DNA of 64,000 nucleotides from a virus. This document shows, piece after piece, positions 36,226 to 47,350 of this stretch. The notes beneath the pieces were generated by a model. It had not been told where the DNA came from and did not search any database. It worked only from the letters and a program-made list of their open reading frames with translations. Where the stretch lies: positions 5,484 through 69,483 of IMG/VR virus record IMGVR_UViG_3300026097_001418. The stretch is one strand, 5' to 3'. How positions within the stretch are numbered: position 1 is the first letter of the stretch; every line of letters begins with the position of its first letter. The position numbers and the translations under genes were made by a program.

Positions 36226-38127
36226 TTAACTCTTTTCCTCTGTAAATTCTGCATCAACTATATTATCATCTGAACTTGTTGATTCGGAACCGGCAGCCTG
36301 TGCTTGAGCCTCTTTTGCTAGTTTTTTATCTAGTAGAGATTTCATCGCCGGATAAACCTTTTCCAACTGTGAATTAATTTCTTCTGAATCATCGCTAGCC
36401 ACTGCATCTTCTACATTTTTGATAGCTGTTTCAATGTCGCTGATTTCAGTTTCGGATAGTTCTGAACGATATTCTTCCAGATCTTTACGAATTTCGTGAA
36501 GTTGTGCTTCAGCAGAATTTCTTGATTCGATTAAAGTTCGAGCCTTTTTATCTGCCTCTGCATTTTCTTCTGCTTCTTGAATCATGCGTTCGACATCTTC
36601 ATCACTCAAACCACCATTGGCTTTGATAGTAATTTTGTTTTCTTTTCCGGTACTGTTATCTTTGGCACTGACGTGTAAAATACCGTTAGCATCAATATCA
36701 AACGTTACTTCAATCTGCGGCATTCCTCTACGTGCAGGTGCAATACCTTCAAGATTAAAATTACCTAAAATCTTATTATGTTGAATTAGTTCGCGCTCAC
36801 CCTGTGCTACTACGATTGTAACAGCACTTTGGTTGTCTTCTGCTGTGGAAAATACTTGACTGGCTTTGGTAGGAATAGTAGTGTTCTTTTGAATTAATTT
36901 GGTCATTACGCCGCCTAGTGTTTCAATGCCTAGACTCAAGGGTGTGACATCTAAGAGCAATACATCTTTACGATCTCCACCTAGCACGTCACCCTGAACA
37001 GCAGCACCGGAGGCAACTGCTTCATCTGGATTGACATCCTTGCGAGGCGCCTTGCTAAATAATTTCTCAACTGCTTGCTGTACTTTAGGCATACGTGTTT
37101 GTCCACCAACAAGAATAACTTCATTGATGTCTGCTGCTTTTACTCCAGCGTCTTTAAGTGCGGTGAGGCAAGGTTCTAAACTACGTTGAATTAATTCATC
37201 AACGAGACTTTCAAACTTAGCACGAGTAATCTTGACACTTAAATGTTTCGGACCACTGGCATCAGCAGTGATATAAGGCAAGTTGACTTCGGTTTGAGTA
37301 GAGCTAGACAATTCAATTTTAGCTTTTTCTGCTGCTTCTTTTAGACGTTGCAGTGCCAATACATCATTGGACAAATCAACACCCTGCTCTTTCTTGAATT
37401 CATCAACTAAATGATCCATAATGCGTTGATCAAAATCTTCGCCGCCTAAGAATGTGTCACCGTTAGTGGAAAGAACTTCGATTTGCTTGTCTCCGTCAAC
37501 GTTGGCGATTTCAATAATGCTAACATCAAATGTTCCGCCACCTAGGTCATAAACAGCAACCTTGCGATCCCCTTTGACTTCTTTATCAACACCGTAAGCC
37601 AATGCAGCCGCGGTTGGTTCGTTGATAATGCGTAACACTTCTAATCCAGCAATCTTACCTGCGTCTTTAGTTGCCTGTCGCTGACTGTCGTTGAAATAAG
37701 CAGGTACTGTGATAACAGCCTGTGTTACTTCATGTCCTAGATAGTCTTCAGCAGTCTTTTTCATTTTGCGTAGGACTTCTGCTGAAATCTGTGGCGGCGC
37801 TAGTTTTTGATTGTTGACATTGATCCATGCATCCCCGCTTTCGGCCTCAATGATCTCGTACGGCATTAAGCCGATGTCTTTCTGTACAGCCTGTTCTTTA
37901 AACTTTCGTCCAATTAGTCGCTTGGCTGCATAGATTGTATTTTTTGGATTTGTAACTGCTTGACGTTTGGCGCTTGCACCGACTAGAATTTCTTCGTTTG
38001 CATAGGCAACGATACTAGGTGTAGTACGTGCGCCTTCTGCATTTTCAATTACTTTGGATTTACCATTCTCGACGATTGCCACACATGAGTTTGTGGTGCC
38101 GAGGTCAATACCGATGATCTTAGACAT
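36226..38127 (-). CDS. dnaK: chaperone DnaK
   Basis: [25 protein letters not shown]; 633 aa. Confidence 0.98.
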   Translation of the reverse strand: MSKIIGIDLGTTNSCVAIVENGKSKVIENAEGARTTPSIVAYANEEILVGASAKRQAVTNPKNTIYAAKRLIGRKFKEQAVQKDIGLMPYEIIEAESGDAWINVNNQKLAPPQISAEVLRKMKKTAEDYLGHEVTQAVITVPAYFNDSQRQATKDAGKIAGLEVLRIINEPTAAALAYGVDKEVKGDRKVAVYDLGGGTFDVSIIEIANVDGDKQIEVLSTNGDTFLGGEDFDQRIMDHLVDEFKKEQGVDLSNDVLALQRLKEAAEKAKIELSSSTQTEVNLPYITADASGPKHLSVKITRAKFESLVDELIQRSLEPCLTALKDAGVKAADINEVILVGGQTRMPKVQQAVEKLFSKAPRKDVNPDEAVASGAAVQGDVLGGDRKDVLLLDVTPLSLGIETLGGVMTKLIQKNTTIPTKASQVFSTAEDNQSAVTIVVAQGERELIQHNKILGNFNLEGIAPARRGMPQIEVTFDIDANGILHVSAKDNSTGKENKITIKANGGLSDEDVERMIQEAEENAEADKKARTLIESRNSAEAQLHEIRKDLEEYRSELSETEISDIETAIKNVEDAVASDDSEEINSQLEKVYPAMKSLLDKKLAKEAQAQAAGSESTSSDDNIVDAEFTEEKS

Positions 38128-38214
38128 GTTCTATCTCCTTATAAAGTAAGATCTGGTGAGCGCTATGCTCTGTAAACTGCCCACTTAATGGTACATTTTA
38201 CAATTTTTATTTAT
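38128..38214 (-). promoter_or_regulatory. TAAATA box and ROSE-like 5' UTR of dnaK
   Basis: TCTTACTTTATAAGGAGA; hairpin GAGC-ATAGC-GCTC; parallels the hsp20 leader. Confidence 0.55.
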
Positions 38215-38774
38215 CTTTCAGAGACAAATGGGTTTATGTTTTTATCTCGCATGGTGCGAATAACATTCTGTACGCCTACTGCTTGATTCCAAGCATCTTC
38301 TAATGCGTGGTGCTTGAGGACAGGAGGACGATTGGGATCAATGCCAAGATCAAACATTGTGCGAGTATCGCGTACTTGCCAAAATTTCCAAGGCACAGCA
38401 CGTCCTACACGATTAAACACATGTTCGAGTATAATAACGTCAAATCCTGCACCGTGACTCCAAACGCATTTTGCACCCCAACAGAATTTGTAAAGTTGCT
38501 GAATGGCATCTTCAATGGCTATGCGCCCATGTTCGCTAAATGCTTCTTCCTGTGCTTCAGCACTCTGTTGCGCCCACCATGCAACTGTGTCTTCGTTGAC
38601 AGTGAGTCCGAGACGATCACAACTGTCCAAATCTACCTTGACATAGAATTTATCACAATCTGGATGTTCGATATCATTGCCACGGGGATCAAATTTTACA
38701 GCGCCGATGGTTAATATTGATGCTGTGGGTTTGACGTCGAGTGTTTCAAGGTCAATCATTATGTGTGTTTTCAT
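38211..38774 (-). CDS. DEDDh 3'-5' exonuclease (RNase AS / ExoVIII-N-like)
   Basis: MIDLETL, FDV.IL, RDTRT, HHALEDA. Confidence 0.85.
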   Translation of the reverse strand: MKTHIMIDLETLDVKPTASILTIGAVKFDPRGNDIEHPDCDKFYVKVDLDSCDRLGLTVNEDTVAWWAQQSAEAQEEAFSEHGRIAIEDAIQQLYKFCWGAKCVWSHGAGFDVIILEHVFNRVGRAVPWKFWQVRDTRTMFDLGIDPNRPPVLKHHALEDAWNQAVGVQNVIRTMRDKNINPFVSER

Positions 38775-38780
38775 ACAGTT

Positions 38781-38809
38781 ATTATAACTTAATTAAAGGT
38801 TGATGTCAA
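38781..38809 (-). promoter_or_regulatory. consensus sigma70 promoter
   Basis: TTGACA-17 nt-TATAAT. Confidence 0.75.
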
Positions 38810-39922
38810 TTATTTTAGAAACACATCGTTTATCTGTCGATTAACTCGAACAAAAGTTACACATTTTGAAAAATCTTTTAACGTTTTGGCTCCGACGTAG
38901 GTCATCGAACTACGTAACCCGCCGAGCAGATCCAATACGGTTGATCTGACTGGTCCTTTGTACGGAACGGTCACTGTACGACCTTCTGAAGAACGATACT
39001 CTGCAACTCCGCCTTGATGCTTGGTCATTGCCGTATCACTGCTCATACCATAGAATTCTACAAACTTGCGTTCTTCGACTTTTCTACCAGTCCAGGTCCA
39101 TTCTTTCTGTCCATCTTCAAGAATTCTTGGACGAGCCTGAAGTTCTTCTGTTTCGAATAAGCGAGTAATGATATCACCGCCACCTTCGTCAGTTCCTGCT
39201 AACATCCCACCAAGCATAACGAAATCAGCGCCTGCTCCAAATGCCTTAGCCACATCGCCTGGGCAAGAACAGCCCCCATCAGCAATAATATGGGCACCGA
39301 GCCCATGTGCCGCATCAGCGCACTCAATGATCGCAGAAAGTTGTGGGTAGCCCACCCCAGTTTGTACCCTAGTTGTACATACCGATCCCGGTCCAATTCC
39401 GACTTTGACAATGTCTGCTCCTCTTAATATCAGTTCTTGTGTCATATCAGCAGTAACAACATTGCCGGCAATGATAGTCTGTTCCGGAAACTCTTTGCGT
39501 ACTGTAGCAACGAAATTTCCAAATGATTCTGAGTATCCGTTGGCAACATCAATACAAATAAATTGAGGGTTGACTGCTGTTACAATTAATTTAAGTTTAT
39601 TGAAATCTTCTTTACTGGTTCCTGTACTGACAGCATAGAATTTGTTATCGACAAGTGTGTGATTTTCTTTCCAGTCGTTAAATGAATAACTTTTAACCAA
39701 ACAGGTAAACAGTTTGTGTTTTTGCAATTCGTCTGCCATAGAGAAAGTTCCCACGCCGTCCATGTTAGCGGCCATTACAGGAATTCCTCTCCAGATTTTT
39801 TCACTGTGCTTGAACTTGTAGGTTCTTTCTAGATTTACTTCTCGTCTACTAGATAGTGTACTGCGTTTTGGTCTTATTAATACATCTCGAAAATCTAATT
39901 TAGTATCTTCGTCGATTCTCAC
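38810..39922 (-). CDS. guaC: GMP reductase
   Basis: [43 protein letters not shown]. Confidence 0.95.
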   Translation of the reverse strand: MRIDEDTKLDFRDVLIRPKRSTLSSRREVNLERTYKFKHSEKIWRGIPVMAANMDGVGTFSMADELQKHKLFTCLVKSYSFNDWKENHTLVDNKFYAVSTGTSKEDFNKLKLIVTAVNPQFICIDVANGYSESFGNFVATVRKEFPEQTIIAGNVVTADMTQELILRGADIVKVGIGPGSVCTTRVQTGVGYPQLSAIIECADAAHGLGAHIIADGGCSCPGDVAKAFGAGADFVMLGGMLAGTDEGGGDIITRLFETEELQARPRILEDGQKEWTWTGRKVEERKFVEFYGMSSDTAMTKHQGGVAEYRSSEGRTVTVPYKGPVRSTVLDLLGGLRSSMTYVGAKTLKDFSKCVTFVRVNRQINDVFLK

Positions 39923-39931
39923 GGTTCACCT

Positions 39932-40171
39932 TTAGAAAAGTTTTTTAGGTAATTCTTCACTACGGAGTTTTTTGCGCCAACGCGCCTTGGCTGATGCTTT
40001 GGCTTTTTTTCTAGCAAGTGTTGGCTTGGTATAACTTTCTTTTTCTTTTGCTACCTCAAGTACTCCACTTTCTTCTACCTTGCGTTTAAATCTACGCAGG
40101 GCTTGATTGATGTTTTCGTACTCTTTTATTGTAACAGTTCTTCCGTCAAATGTCTTGTTAAATTTTTTCAT
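39932..40171 (-). CDS. rpsU: ribosomal protein bS21
   Basis: ENINQALRRFKRKV...YTKPT..RK.AK..A..R. Confidence 0.9.
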   Translation of the reverse strand: MKKFNKTFDGRTVTIKEYENINQALRRFKRKVEESGVLEVAKEKESYTKPTLARKKAKASAKARWRKKLRSEELPKKLF

Positions 40172-40553
40172 TGTTTGCTATCTTATTTCCTAAAAGTTTT
40201 TCGCAATCTTCTTGCGCATATATTCTTGAATTATTAGCACCTGCTAGTAATTTCAATTCACCAAAATAATAACTGTTTACCTGTGCTGACAAATAACCTA
40301 CTACTAAATCGTTGTAACTGTCAGCATTGAATAATATCATGTCACATTTTGATTTCTTATCTAAAAACCAATCTATTGCATTGCCACTGTTCCATGAATA
40401 CAGAATGACTCTATTATTCAGCGATGTATTTAACAAACTTAAAGAGACCAGTTGGCTTTGTTCGAGTGTAAGATCTACTAGCAAAATTCTGTAGCCGTCA
40501 AGCAAAGTATCGTCTGGATCAGTGACAATTAATACTTGGTCAGTCATTTTCAT
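40158..40553 (-). CDS. hypothetical protein
   Basis: 131-aa coupled ORF. Confidence 0.6.
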   Translation of the reverse strand: MKMTDQVLIVTDPDDTLLDGYRILLVDLTLEQSQLVSLSLLNTSLNNRVILYSWNSGNAIDWFLDKKSKCDMILFNADSYNDLVVGYLSAQVNSYYFGELKLLAGANNSRIYAQEDCEKLLGNKIANNEKI

Positions 40554-41238
40554 GAATCTCTATATACTTGTCGTAATACTCGTGTATTCTGCTGTCATAT
40601 TCACAATTGCCAGATAACTTAAAAGCAAAGTCCGATAAATCACTAAAAAATAGTTTTTTATTAAAAATGTTCTTCATACTAAATGTATAGCAATTTTTTT
40701 CATCGATGATATCTAACCGTCTAGTACTATGTTCATGGTGTTTTTTAAATTTCATTGATACTGTTTGTAATTCATCTGCTTCTATTACTGTGACTATCTT
40801 ACAATTAGGCATTAACGATCGTAATTCTCGATAAGAACTTTCATGAGTAAGGTGAATACAATTTTTTCTAATAAGAAAATTTAATGTATTCTTCGGTATT
40901 AACTTGTACGTATCATTTATTGAAATTTCTTGACAATACAGATGACGATACTGTTCACGTTTTAACAGCATTCCTAAGTTAAATCCCCAAAATTTTCTAT
41001 CTTGAGATTCAAATACCGGCCAGTGTTCTCTAAATTCTTTCTCCGGAACAGATCTCATTTTTAGATAATGAGAAAAGGATTCTAAATCATAATCTTCTAA
41101 ATCTTCTTGCATTGCTGTTAACGGTAAACAATACTGAAACTTCTTGTAGTAGGTTAGCATCGAAGAAAGAAATTTTCCTCCAGCCAATGGAGCAAATCTT
41201 ATAACTATGTTAGTCGGTAATAAATTCCATTTAATCAT
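40540..41238 (-). CDS. hypothetical protein (AT-rich; possibly sulfotransferase/P-loop-like)
   Basis: IRFAPLAGGKFLS N-terminal motif. Confidence 0.45.
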   Translation of the reverse strand: MIKWNLLPTNIVIRFAPLAGGKFLSSMLTYYKKFQYCLPLTAMQEDLEDYDLESFSHYLKMRSVPEKEFREHWPVFESQDRKFWGFNLGMLLKREQYRHLYCQEISINDTYKLIPKNTLNFLIRKNCIHLTHESSYRELRSLMPNCKIVTVIEADELQTVSMKFKKHHEHSTRRLDIIDEKNCYTFSMKNIFNKKLFFSDLSDFAFKLSGNCEYDSRIHEYYDKYIEIHEND

Positions 41239-41302
41239 TTGATATCTTTAAGTCGTTTCCACAAAGTAGTGACACTATTTTGTTCAGCATTTTGCACATA
41301 AC

Positions 41303-42976
41303 CTACTGCTCTTGACTCTTCTTGATTTGTTGATTCCCTTCCCGTTCCATCCACGAAATCATTTCTTTTTTTTTGGCTTCTTCAACTTGCTCTTGAGCCC
41401 AGCGTAGTGCCTCTTCGGCAGCAGTGTCTACTTCAAGATACTGTTCCCAAGGAAGAACAGAGATTGCACCTTCACGAAACAGTCTTCTCTGATGCTTAAG
41501 GCTGTCGTTGGGATTTTCTGCCTTCCACTGTTGCATGGCTTTCTTTTCACTAGGGTGTGCATTTTCGAGAACAGCATGATCCTCATCCTCATCAAGGTTT
41601 TCTACAACAGGAGTCATTCCCGATACAGGTTTAAGCGTTGTGGAAGATTTAAAAGATTTTAAGTAGGGCAAATGTTTAAATGACATAGTGTCATCAGATT
41701 TATCGCTTTCGTCTGCCGGCCTTGTGTCTTGATCCTTGTCAACGTTGGGTAACAGTGCTTCTACGTTTGAATCCTCTTCTTGTTCCTTCTTTGTTTGTCT
41801 AAACCATTGGAAACTGTGTTGACTTGCTAACAACAATGCAATGGCAAGAGGATCAAATACAATGACTATTATGACAATCATCCAACGCACTGCTTCTTCT
41901 AGCGTATTCTTATCAGCACGTTCACCATAGATAAAATCAGCAATAAATTTAATAGGTCCTACCTCTGCTTCGAGTTTCCTAGTCTCTGCTTCAAGTTCAT
42001 ACTTTTGACTGACGAGGCTGTCGACTTCTGCTGTGGCAGTGGTTATGATTGTGCGTTGTTCGTTTAGTTGTCGTTCAATTTCTGCAGGATCTGCTTGTCC
42101 TAATTGACTGCGTAATCTGTTGATTAACGTGTTCGAGTCTGCTATCTGTGTTTCGGCAATCTGACGCAATCTTTGTATTTCGTCTCTTGCTTCTCTAACT
42201 GTGGGATTGGTATTGGCAGATTCTATTTTGGCAATGATAGCATTTCGTTCTTGTGCCTTGGAGGCTTGCCAACGTTGAAAGGCAGCGGCAGTAGCAGGAC
42301 CGTATTGTCCGTCTACTCTTGTTCCTACCATAGCCTGTGCTTTTCTGATATCGTTGTCGTCAATATAACTTTGCAGTATTGCCAACTCTTGATCTACTCT
42401 GTCAAGTTCATCCTGAAACAGTTTTATCTTGCTGTCAATAATGCGTTGCTGTTCATCTATAGCAGGTTGTATGCGTTGGTAGGCACTGTCAATACGATCC
42501 TGTTCTGCATCAATTTGCCTTTGTATATTGGCATCTGTACCAACACCATTAGTTTCAATTCGCGCTAGTCTCTGTTCTGATCGTTCAATTAAAGAATTCT
42601 GTCTTGTGATTTCTTTGTTAATCTGCTCTACACGGGCAACACTGTCAATGCTTGATGCTGTTTGATCAATATGCGCTTTTGATAAGAATCCAAAGATACC
42701 CATCGATGTTATAAACATCAAGACTGCCACAGCGATACAAAGATATGTTTTAATCAGTCGCGGGGCGGTGTTCCAGTTCCATTTTAACCAAAGAGTGGCA
42801 ACCAGTTTACTAGATTCTAAAACCACTCCCATAATAATGATAGGAATTGCGGCTGCGGCAAATATTGCTACGAGACCTGCAACAGAATAGTAAATGGCCA
42901 CAAAACTAATGCATAGACCACTTAGCAGTGTTAACCAGGCGATGAACTTATCAACTAAAAAGACTTTCATAGACAT
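41303..42976 (-). CDS. membrane-anchored coiled-coil protein with a peptidoglycan-binding-like motif
   Basis: Three N-terminal TM segments; VDGQYGPATAAAFQRWQ; C-terminal TM with VFDPLAI. Confidence 0.7.
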   Translation of the reverse strand: MSMKVFLVDKFIAWLTLLSGLCISFVAIYYSVAGLVAIFAAAAIPIIIMGVVLESSKLVATLWLKWNWNTAPRLIKTYLCIAVAVLMFITSMGIFGFLSKAHIDQTASSIDSVARVEQINKEITRQNSLIERSEQRLARIETNGVGTDANIQRQIDAEQDRIDSAYQRIQPAIDEQQRIIDSKIKLFQDELDRVDQELAILQSYIDDNDIRKAQAMVGTRVDGQYGPATAAAFQRWQASKAQERNAIIAKIESANTNPTVREARDEIQRLRQIAETQIADSNTLINRLRSQLGQADPAEIERQLNEQRTIITTATAEVDSLVSQKYELEAETRKLEAEVGPIKFIADFIYGERADKNTLEEAVRWMIVIIVIVFDPLAIALLLASQHSFQWFRQTKKEQEEDSNVEALLPNVDKDQDTRPADESDKSDDTMSFKHLPYLKSFKSSTTLKPVSGMTPVVENLDEDEDHAVLENAHPSEKKAMQQWKAENPNDSLKHQRRLFREGAISVLPWEQYLEVDTAAEEALRWAQEQVEEAKKKEMISWMEREGNQQIKKSQEQ

Positions 42977-42978
42977 AT

Positions 42979-43410
42979 TTATTCGTTAATCCATCGCCAA
43001 CGATTATCTGCATTTGAAAAACAAGCAGTCTGACTGAGATTTTTAACCATGTTGAATGCAATAATTTCAGTATGAATTCGGCGACAGTATCCACTGCCAT
43101 TTGGCCAAGTCATAACGGGCATTGCATAACCACTGGCATCACCACGATACCAATCAACTCTTTCTCCGTTTTCAGCATACATGACAGCATGACTAATTGA
43201 CTGCGTGTATGCATCATTTTGATCGTTATCGAGTTTACGAAACCAACCAAAACTCACAGCAGCCAAACGGTTGACAAAATTACCGCCTGAATATTCAAAG
43301 AACCTGGGGTTAGGGATTGAGTCAGCAAATGCTGTACTAGTTGCGACCAGTATTGACAATTTCCCAACTACCATCAGGCTTTTGACAACTGACACCTTTG
43401 CGTTGAACAT
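42979..43410 (-). CDS. secreted 17-kDa-surface-antigen-like protein
   Basis: Signal peptide; G..CR...TAC...W C-terminal motif. Confidence 0.6.
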   Translation of the reverse strand: MFNAKVSVVKSLMVVGKLSILVATSTAFADSIPNPRFFEYSGGNFVNRLAAVSFGWFRKLDNDQNDAYTQSISHAVMYAENGERVDWYRGDASGYAMPVMTWPNGSGYCRRIHTEIIAFNMVKNLSQTACFSNADNRWRWINE

Positions 43411-43672
43411 CACGTCCTCCAATTTGCATCCAATAAGTAAATTCACCACAGTTTGGTGCCATGCCACTTTGAACTTGAAACAGCCTACGAATAGGGTTGT
43501 CATCACATTTCATATGTTCGACAGTGACTTCTTCCAGAACACCGTGTTGATTTTTAACTACCAGTGTTTCTGACACCATGTCACAGTATTGTTCATTCAT
43601 ATTCTGTGCGGTACTATTACTGCACCCGAATAAAAACAATACCGGAACTATTGCCAATAACTGTTTCATCAT
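43337..43672 (-). CDS. lipoprotein
   Basis: Lipobox LFGC; ends CQKPDGSWEIV. Confidence 0.65.
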   Translation of the reverse strand: MMKQLLAIVPVLFLFGCSNSTAQNMNEQYCDMVSETLVVKNQHGVLEEVTVEHMKCDDNPIRRLFQVQSGMAPNCGEFTYWMQIGGRDVQRKGVSCQKPDGSWEIVNTGRN

Positions 43673-44265
43673 TGCCTCACTGATTGAATGAGATTGTCAG
43701 CAGTTTGATCAAGACTTTGAGCGGGCCGAGGAGTATTTCTAATCTGTCGTTGTGTTTCACCTTCAACTAAAAGGTACTCTAACTGTTCTTGAGTCAACTG
43801 CACCATGATAAATGCACGATAGTTACGGCGCTTGCGATCATATAGAACTTCTTTCTTTGCCACTCCATATGACTGTAGTACAAACTCACCAATTACATTA
43901 ACATAGGTATCTTGTGCCTGACTACGTCCAACGGGCATTTGCGAATTGCTAGACTCTTCGTATTTGACAATGGTACGATTGGTTAACTCGCCCTTGACTC
44001 TGTCAGCCAATTTTGCTTTGGCTTTGAGTGTTGCTTTGCGTACTGCCATTTCCATCGACGGACTTACATCTTCGGCAACAGCATAAACATAGCCGGTTTT
44101 CTCCCAAGGCTTGTACCATGTGTTAGATTCTTGTGTAGTGTCGGCATAGTCAAGATACCAAGACGGTACTTCTTGATGTTTGTTGTCGACGGTGCGCAAT
44201 TCAGTCATTCCTGAACAACCTGCCAATACAGTAACTACGGGTAAAATTGCAAGTAGCTTTTTCAT
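43669..44265 (-). CDS. LPP20-like lipoprotein
   Basis: Lipobox LAGC; VPSWY; A..KA.L.AK..LA. Confidence 0.65.
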   Translation of the reverse strand: MKKLLAILPVVTVLAGCSGMTELRTVDNKHQEVPSWYLDYADTTQESNTWYKPWEKTGYVYAVAEDVSPSMEMAVRKATLKAKAKLADRVKGELTNRTIVKYEESSNSQMPVGRSQAQDTYVNVIGEFVLQSYGVAKKEVLYDRKRRNYRAFIMVQLTQEQLEYLLVEGETQRQIRNTPRPAQSLDQTADNLIQSVRQ

Positions 44266-44324
44266 AATAGCCTCTGTGTGAGTGTGTTAAAACAAATATA
44301 GTATAGTTTCAAACGAATTGTTTG

Positions 44325-44708
44325 TCAATCAACTTTGTAATCAATCTTTCTAATCTTGTCCCAACGAAAACTTCGCCAGGCAGATTTTTTAATGTCCCAA
44401 ACTGCACAGGCATTGTCGCTTTTCTTTTTTGGCAGCTCTTTTTGTTCTAACACTATATCATTATTTTTGGAGATTTCTTTTTCTGTAGGTGCGTGTTTAG
44501 CGCCAAATTTCTCAGTTAAGGTGCATTCAATAATTCTGGTGGTTCCGTCTACCTTTTCAAATTCAATTAGAACAACGTTTGTCCATAGCAGTTGTTTAAC
44601 CCAAAATCGAAATGTTTCACTATCACCGTGTTCCGGAGTAACAGTAATCATTTCAAACTCGCCGTCATTTGATAAACGACGCATAACCTGTTCTTTTTCA
44701 AATTCCAT
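44325..44708 (-). CDS. SH3-fold (WYL_2-like) protein
   Basis: FEKVDGTTR...CTL...VWDIKKSAWRSFRWD. Confidence 0.75.
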   Translation of the reverse strand: MEFEKEQVMRRLSNDGEFEMITVTPEHGDSETFRFWVKQLLWTNVVLIEFEKVDGTTRIIECTLTEKFGAKHAPTEKEISKNNDIVLEQKELPKKKSDNACAVWDIKKSAWRSFRWDKIRKIDYKVD

Positions 44709-45100
44709 TATCCTCTCCGCATAGTGGAAATGTCAACTGCTTCTTCGTCTGAAAAAATTGGCACGGCATTTGACTTGTGCATTGTACCAATACCTTTAAC
44801 TTTGGATCCTGTATAAGTAGGCGAATCTTTCTTGACAGCAACACCCGCACCTGTGTTAAGAGATGGCTTGTTTAATAGTTCACTGCCCCTAAACTGTAGT
44901 TTGGGTGCCACATATTCTGGACGATCTAATCCATTTTTACGTTGTCGCTCTTGTTGCTCAACTCCCCAGCGCTTTTGCAATTCTGCCCAGTTGCTGTCAA
45001 GTTCACGTGATTGTTTGGCATGTTCAGCCGAGCGAAACTTCTTCTTACCTTTTTGTTTGCCAGTTGTACTGAGCCACGGGCCTTCAAGGTGCATTGACAT
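44708..45100 (-). CDS. conserved phage hypothetical protein
   Basis: YTG..VKGIGTMHKSNAVPIF; sigma70 promoter at 45134-45162. Confidence 0.7.
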   Translation of the reverse strand: MSMHLEGPWLSTTGKQKGKKKFRSAEHAKQSRELDSNWAELQKRWGVEQQERQRKNGLDRPEYVAPKLQFRGSELLNKPSLNTGAGVAVKKDSPTYTGSKVKGIGTMHKSNAVPIFSDEEAVDISTMRRG

Positions 45101-45158
45101 TACGGTAACTCCAAAACAGTTAAGTACACATAAATTATACACAAATCAGAGAAAAATG

Positions 45159-46352
45159 TCAAGTATTGATCTCTATTGGCATGTTGTCAACAAAGTACCA
45201 CTTGAAATGTATTCCCATTCCGTCCTTTACTCCGTTGTTTTCTGTTAAAAATTTACTAGCATACTTTTCCATATACTTGATACCTTCTTTCCAAATTGCA
45301 TACTCTCGTGTATTGCTGTAATATTTGTGCCACCATTCATCAATTTCACCGTACCAAAATTTAGTATCTTTTTCTACTTGAAACCAAGAAGGATCCCATG
45401 TGGAGGAATATATCACATTCTTTAAAATCTTTTGATGTATTCTATTATTTTTAAACCATTCTGCTCTAGAATTAGGAGTCCATAATGGACGCATATTAGG
45501 AGTGTCAGATAACCATTTTTTTATGATGTGTGCCTGTTTAGCAAGCATTTTTGTACACGATGGATGCCAATAGAAAAATTCAGTATGCGTATTTGTATAT
45601 TCATCAAAATGCTGTTGAATCGGAGTTAGGTTTGCATGTCTATCCGTAAATACAGTAAAAATTTTATTATCAACAATGGCTATACAAGGTTTTTCAACCC
45701 CTACAATCATAGCAATACTGTTTTCTTTATCTATCCCTTTTCTTACTTCTTTAAAATAAAGATAATTATATCTTGTAATAGCACTAACGTTAATCGGCTC
45801 TTTTGTACCGATGATCCAACTACCATCGTTGGCATTATTGAATGTATCTAAAATACTATCACTAGTATCTACTACTGTAATTTTAGTTTTGGGAGATTTA
45901 TTTTTTATTTCATTAAGACGTGGATAAATTTGTAATTTGTATTCAGCGCCATAATTCCAGTTGTCAGTAATTGACGAATTGTTAACAATAATTTTGTTTA
46001 TCTTATCGTTGACATTAACAAGAATTTCATCAATTAGTAGTCCCTGTCTTAAAAAAGCCATTAACACATTATGTGTGTCCGATCCTCCACTGTAACTTAG
46101 AATTAAGTAATCATACTGTTGTCTAAGTTCTCTTGCTCGTTGATTGTATAATTCATCTAGCGTTTCGTCTGGTTCAACCGACCAATCAAATAATCCAAAT
46201 ACTTCGTCATTGAAATGCCATTTAAAATCAGTATTTTGACTTTGGGCAAAAACTGCGGCTTCGTTTTTAGAATAGAACGGAATATTGTTTACAGTATAAT
46301 AACCTAAATGAGGGTTATTGATAGCAGGACTGATTAAATTTTGCTGGTTCAT
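45159..46352 (-). CDS. PP-loop ATPase, paralog 4
   Basis: SYSGGSDT, GVEKP, KQAH; closest by eye to 585..1745. Confidence 0.75.
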   Translation of the reverse strand: MNQQNLISPAINNPHLGYYTVNNIPFYSKNEAAVFAQSQNTDFKWHFNDEVFGLFDWSVEPDETLDELYNQRARELRQQYDYLILSYSGGSDTHNVLMAFLRQGLLIDEILVNVNDKINKIIVNNSSITDNWNYGAEYKLQIYPRLNEIKNKSPKTKITVVDTSDSILDTFNNANDGSWIIGTKEPINVSAITRYNYLYFKEVRKGIDKENSIAMIVGVEKPCIAIVDNKIFTVFTDRHANLTPIQQHFDEYTNTHTEFFYWHPSCTKMLAKQAHIIKKWLSDTPNMRPLWTPNSRAEWFKNNRIHQKILKNVIYSSTWDPSWFQVEKDTKFWYGEIDEWWHKYYSNTREYAIWKEGIKYMEKYASKFLTENNGVKDGMGIHFKWYFVDNMPIEINT

Positions 46353-46443
46353 CTATATACTTATTATCAACAAAGTTATTAAAGAATGGTAGTGGGATCT
46401 CAAAATCTATCGTTACTGTGATCTCGTAAATAGTAAAATCATG

Positions 46444-46728
46444 TTACAACATCATTAAAGCTATTAAGGCTTGATTTTTATCCCAAAATGCCCAGTACCA
46501 CATTTGATGCGTATCTCTCTCTAGAAACAACGGAGCAGTGTCATACTCGGACAACTTTGCATTGGCTTCGTGCCAATGCAAAAGAGTTTGCTTATTTCGA
46601 TGTCGATCTACAACATCAATTCCTAAAACAATTTGAGGTGGATTAATTTCATATTGTGTTCGAAATCTTTCCACCTCATAGTAGGGTATGTGCCGATCTA
46701 ACCATGTTTCCCAGTCAATAATCTGCAC
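46444..46728 (-). CDS. hypothetical protein
   Basis: 94-aa ORF. Confidence 0.55.
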   Translation of the reverse strand: MQIIDWETWLDRHIPYYEVERFRTQYEINPPQIVLGIDVVDRHRNKQTLLHWHEANAKLSEYDTAPLFLERDTHQMWYWAFWDKNQALIALMML

Positions 46729-46741
46729 AGTATATTACCGA

Positions 46742-47176
46742 TTAATCATTCTTCAATGCGTCCAATGCTTTGGTAAAACGATTGGCATGACTGCGTTCTG
46801 CCTTGGCCAATGTTTCAAACCAATCGGCAATTTCATCAAAACCTTCGTCACGTGCAGTCTTTGCCATGCCTGGGTACATATCTTGGTATTCATGTGTCTC
46901 ACCGTGAACGGCACTTGCCAATGCTTCCTCGACAGTTTTGGCTGGCAAGCCTGTTTCTGGATCTCCAGATCCACCGTCAATCAAATATTCCATGTGACCG
47001 TGTGCATGGCCGGTTTCGCCTTCGGCTGTTGAGCGAAACAATGATGCAACATCATTCTCGCCTGCAATATCGGCCATGTTTGCAAAATACAAATAACGAC
47101 GGTTGGCTTTGGACTCACCTGCAAATGCATCTTTCAAGCACTGCTCTGTTTTGGTACCTTTTACTGAATCTGACAT
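46742..47176 (-). CDS. rubrerythrin (short, erythrin type)
   Basis: [22 protein letters not shown]...MYP, AERSH di-iron motifs. Confidence 0.93.
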   Translation of the reverse strand: MSDSVKGTKTEQCLKDAFAGESKANRRYLYFANMADIAGENDVASLFRSTAEGETGHAHGHMEYLIDGGSGDPETGLPAKTVEEALASAVHGETHEYQDMYPGMAKTARDEGFDEIADWFETLAKAERSHANRFTKALDALKND

Positions 47177-47350
47177 GTAAATCTCCTTGTGTGTAATATA
47201 ATAGTATATGTTTATTTACACTATTAATCAATGATTTTTAATAGATTTTCCATTGTATTTTCTAATAGAAAAATTAGGAGATTACTATTACAGTGCAATA
47301 GAAAACCCCAGCGTAGAAACTATGTTCCAGAGGCCAGGGCCGTGTTGCTT

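Noticed and set aside
39070..39170. About 25-aa insertion in GuaC as a mobile element
   Set aside because: It is a short in-frame loop without intein or repeat signatures.
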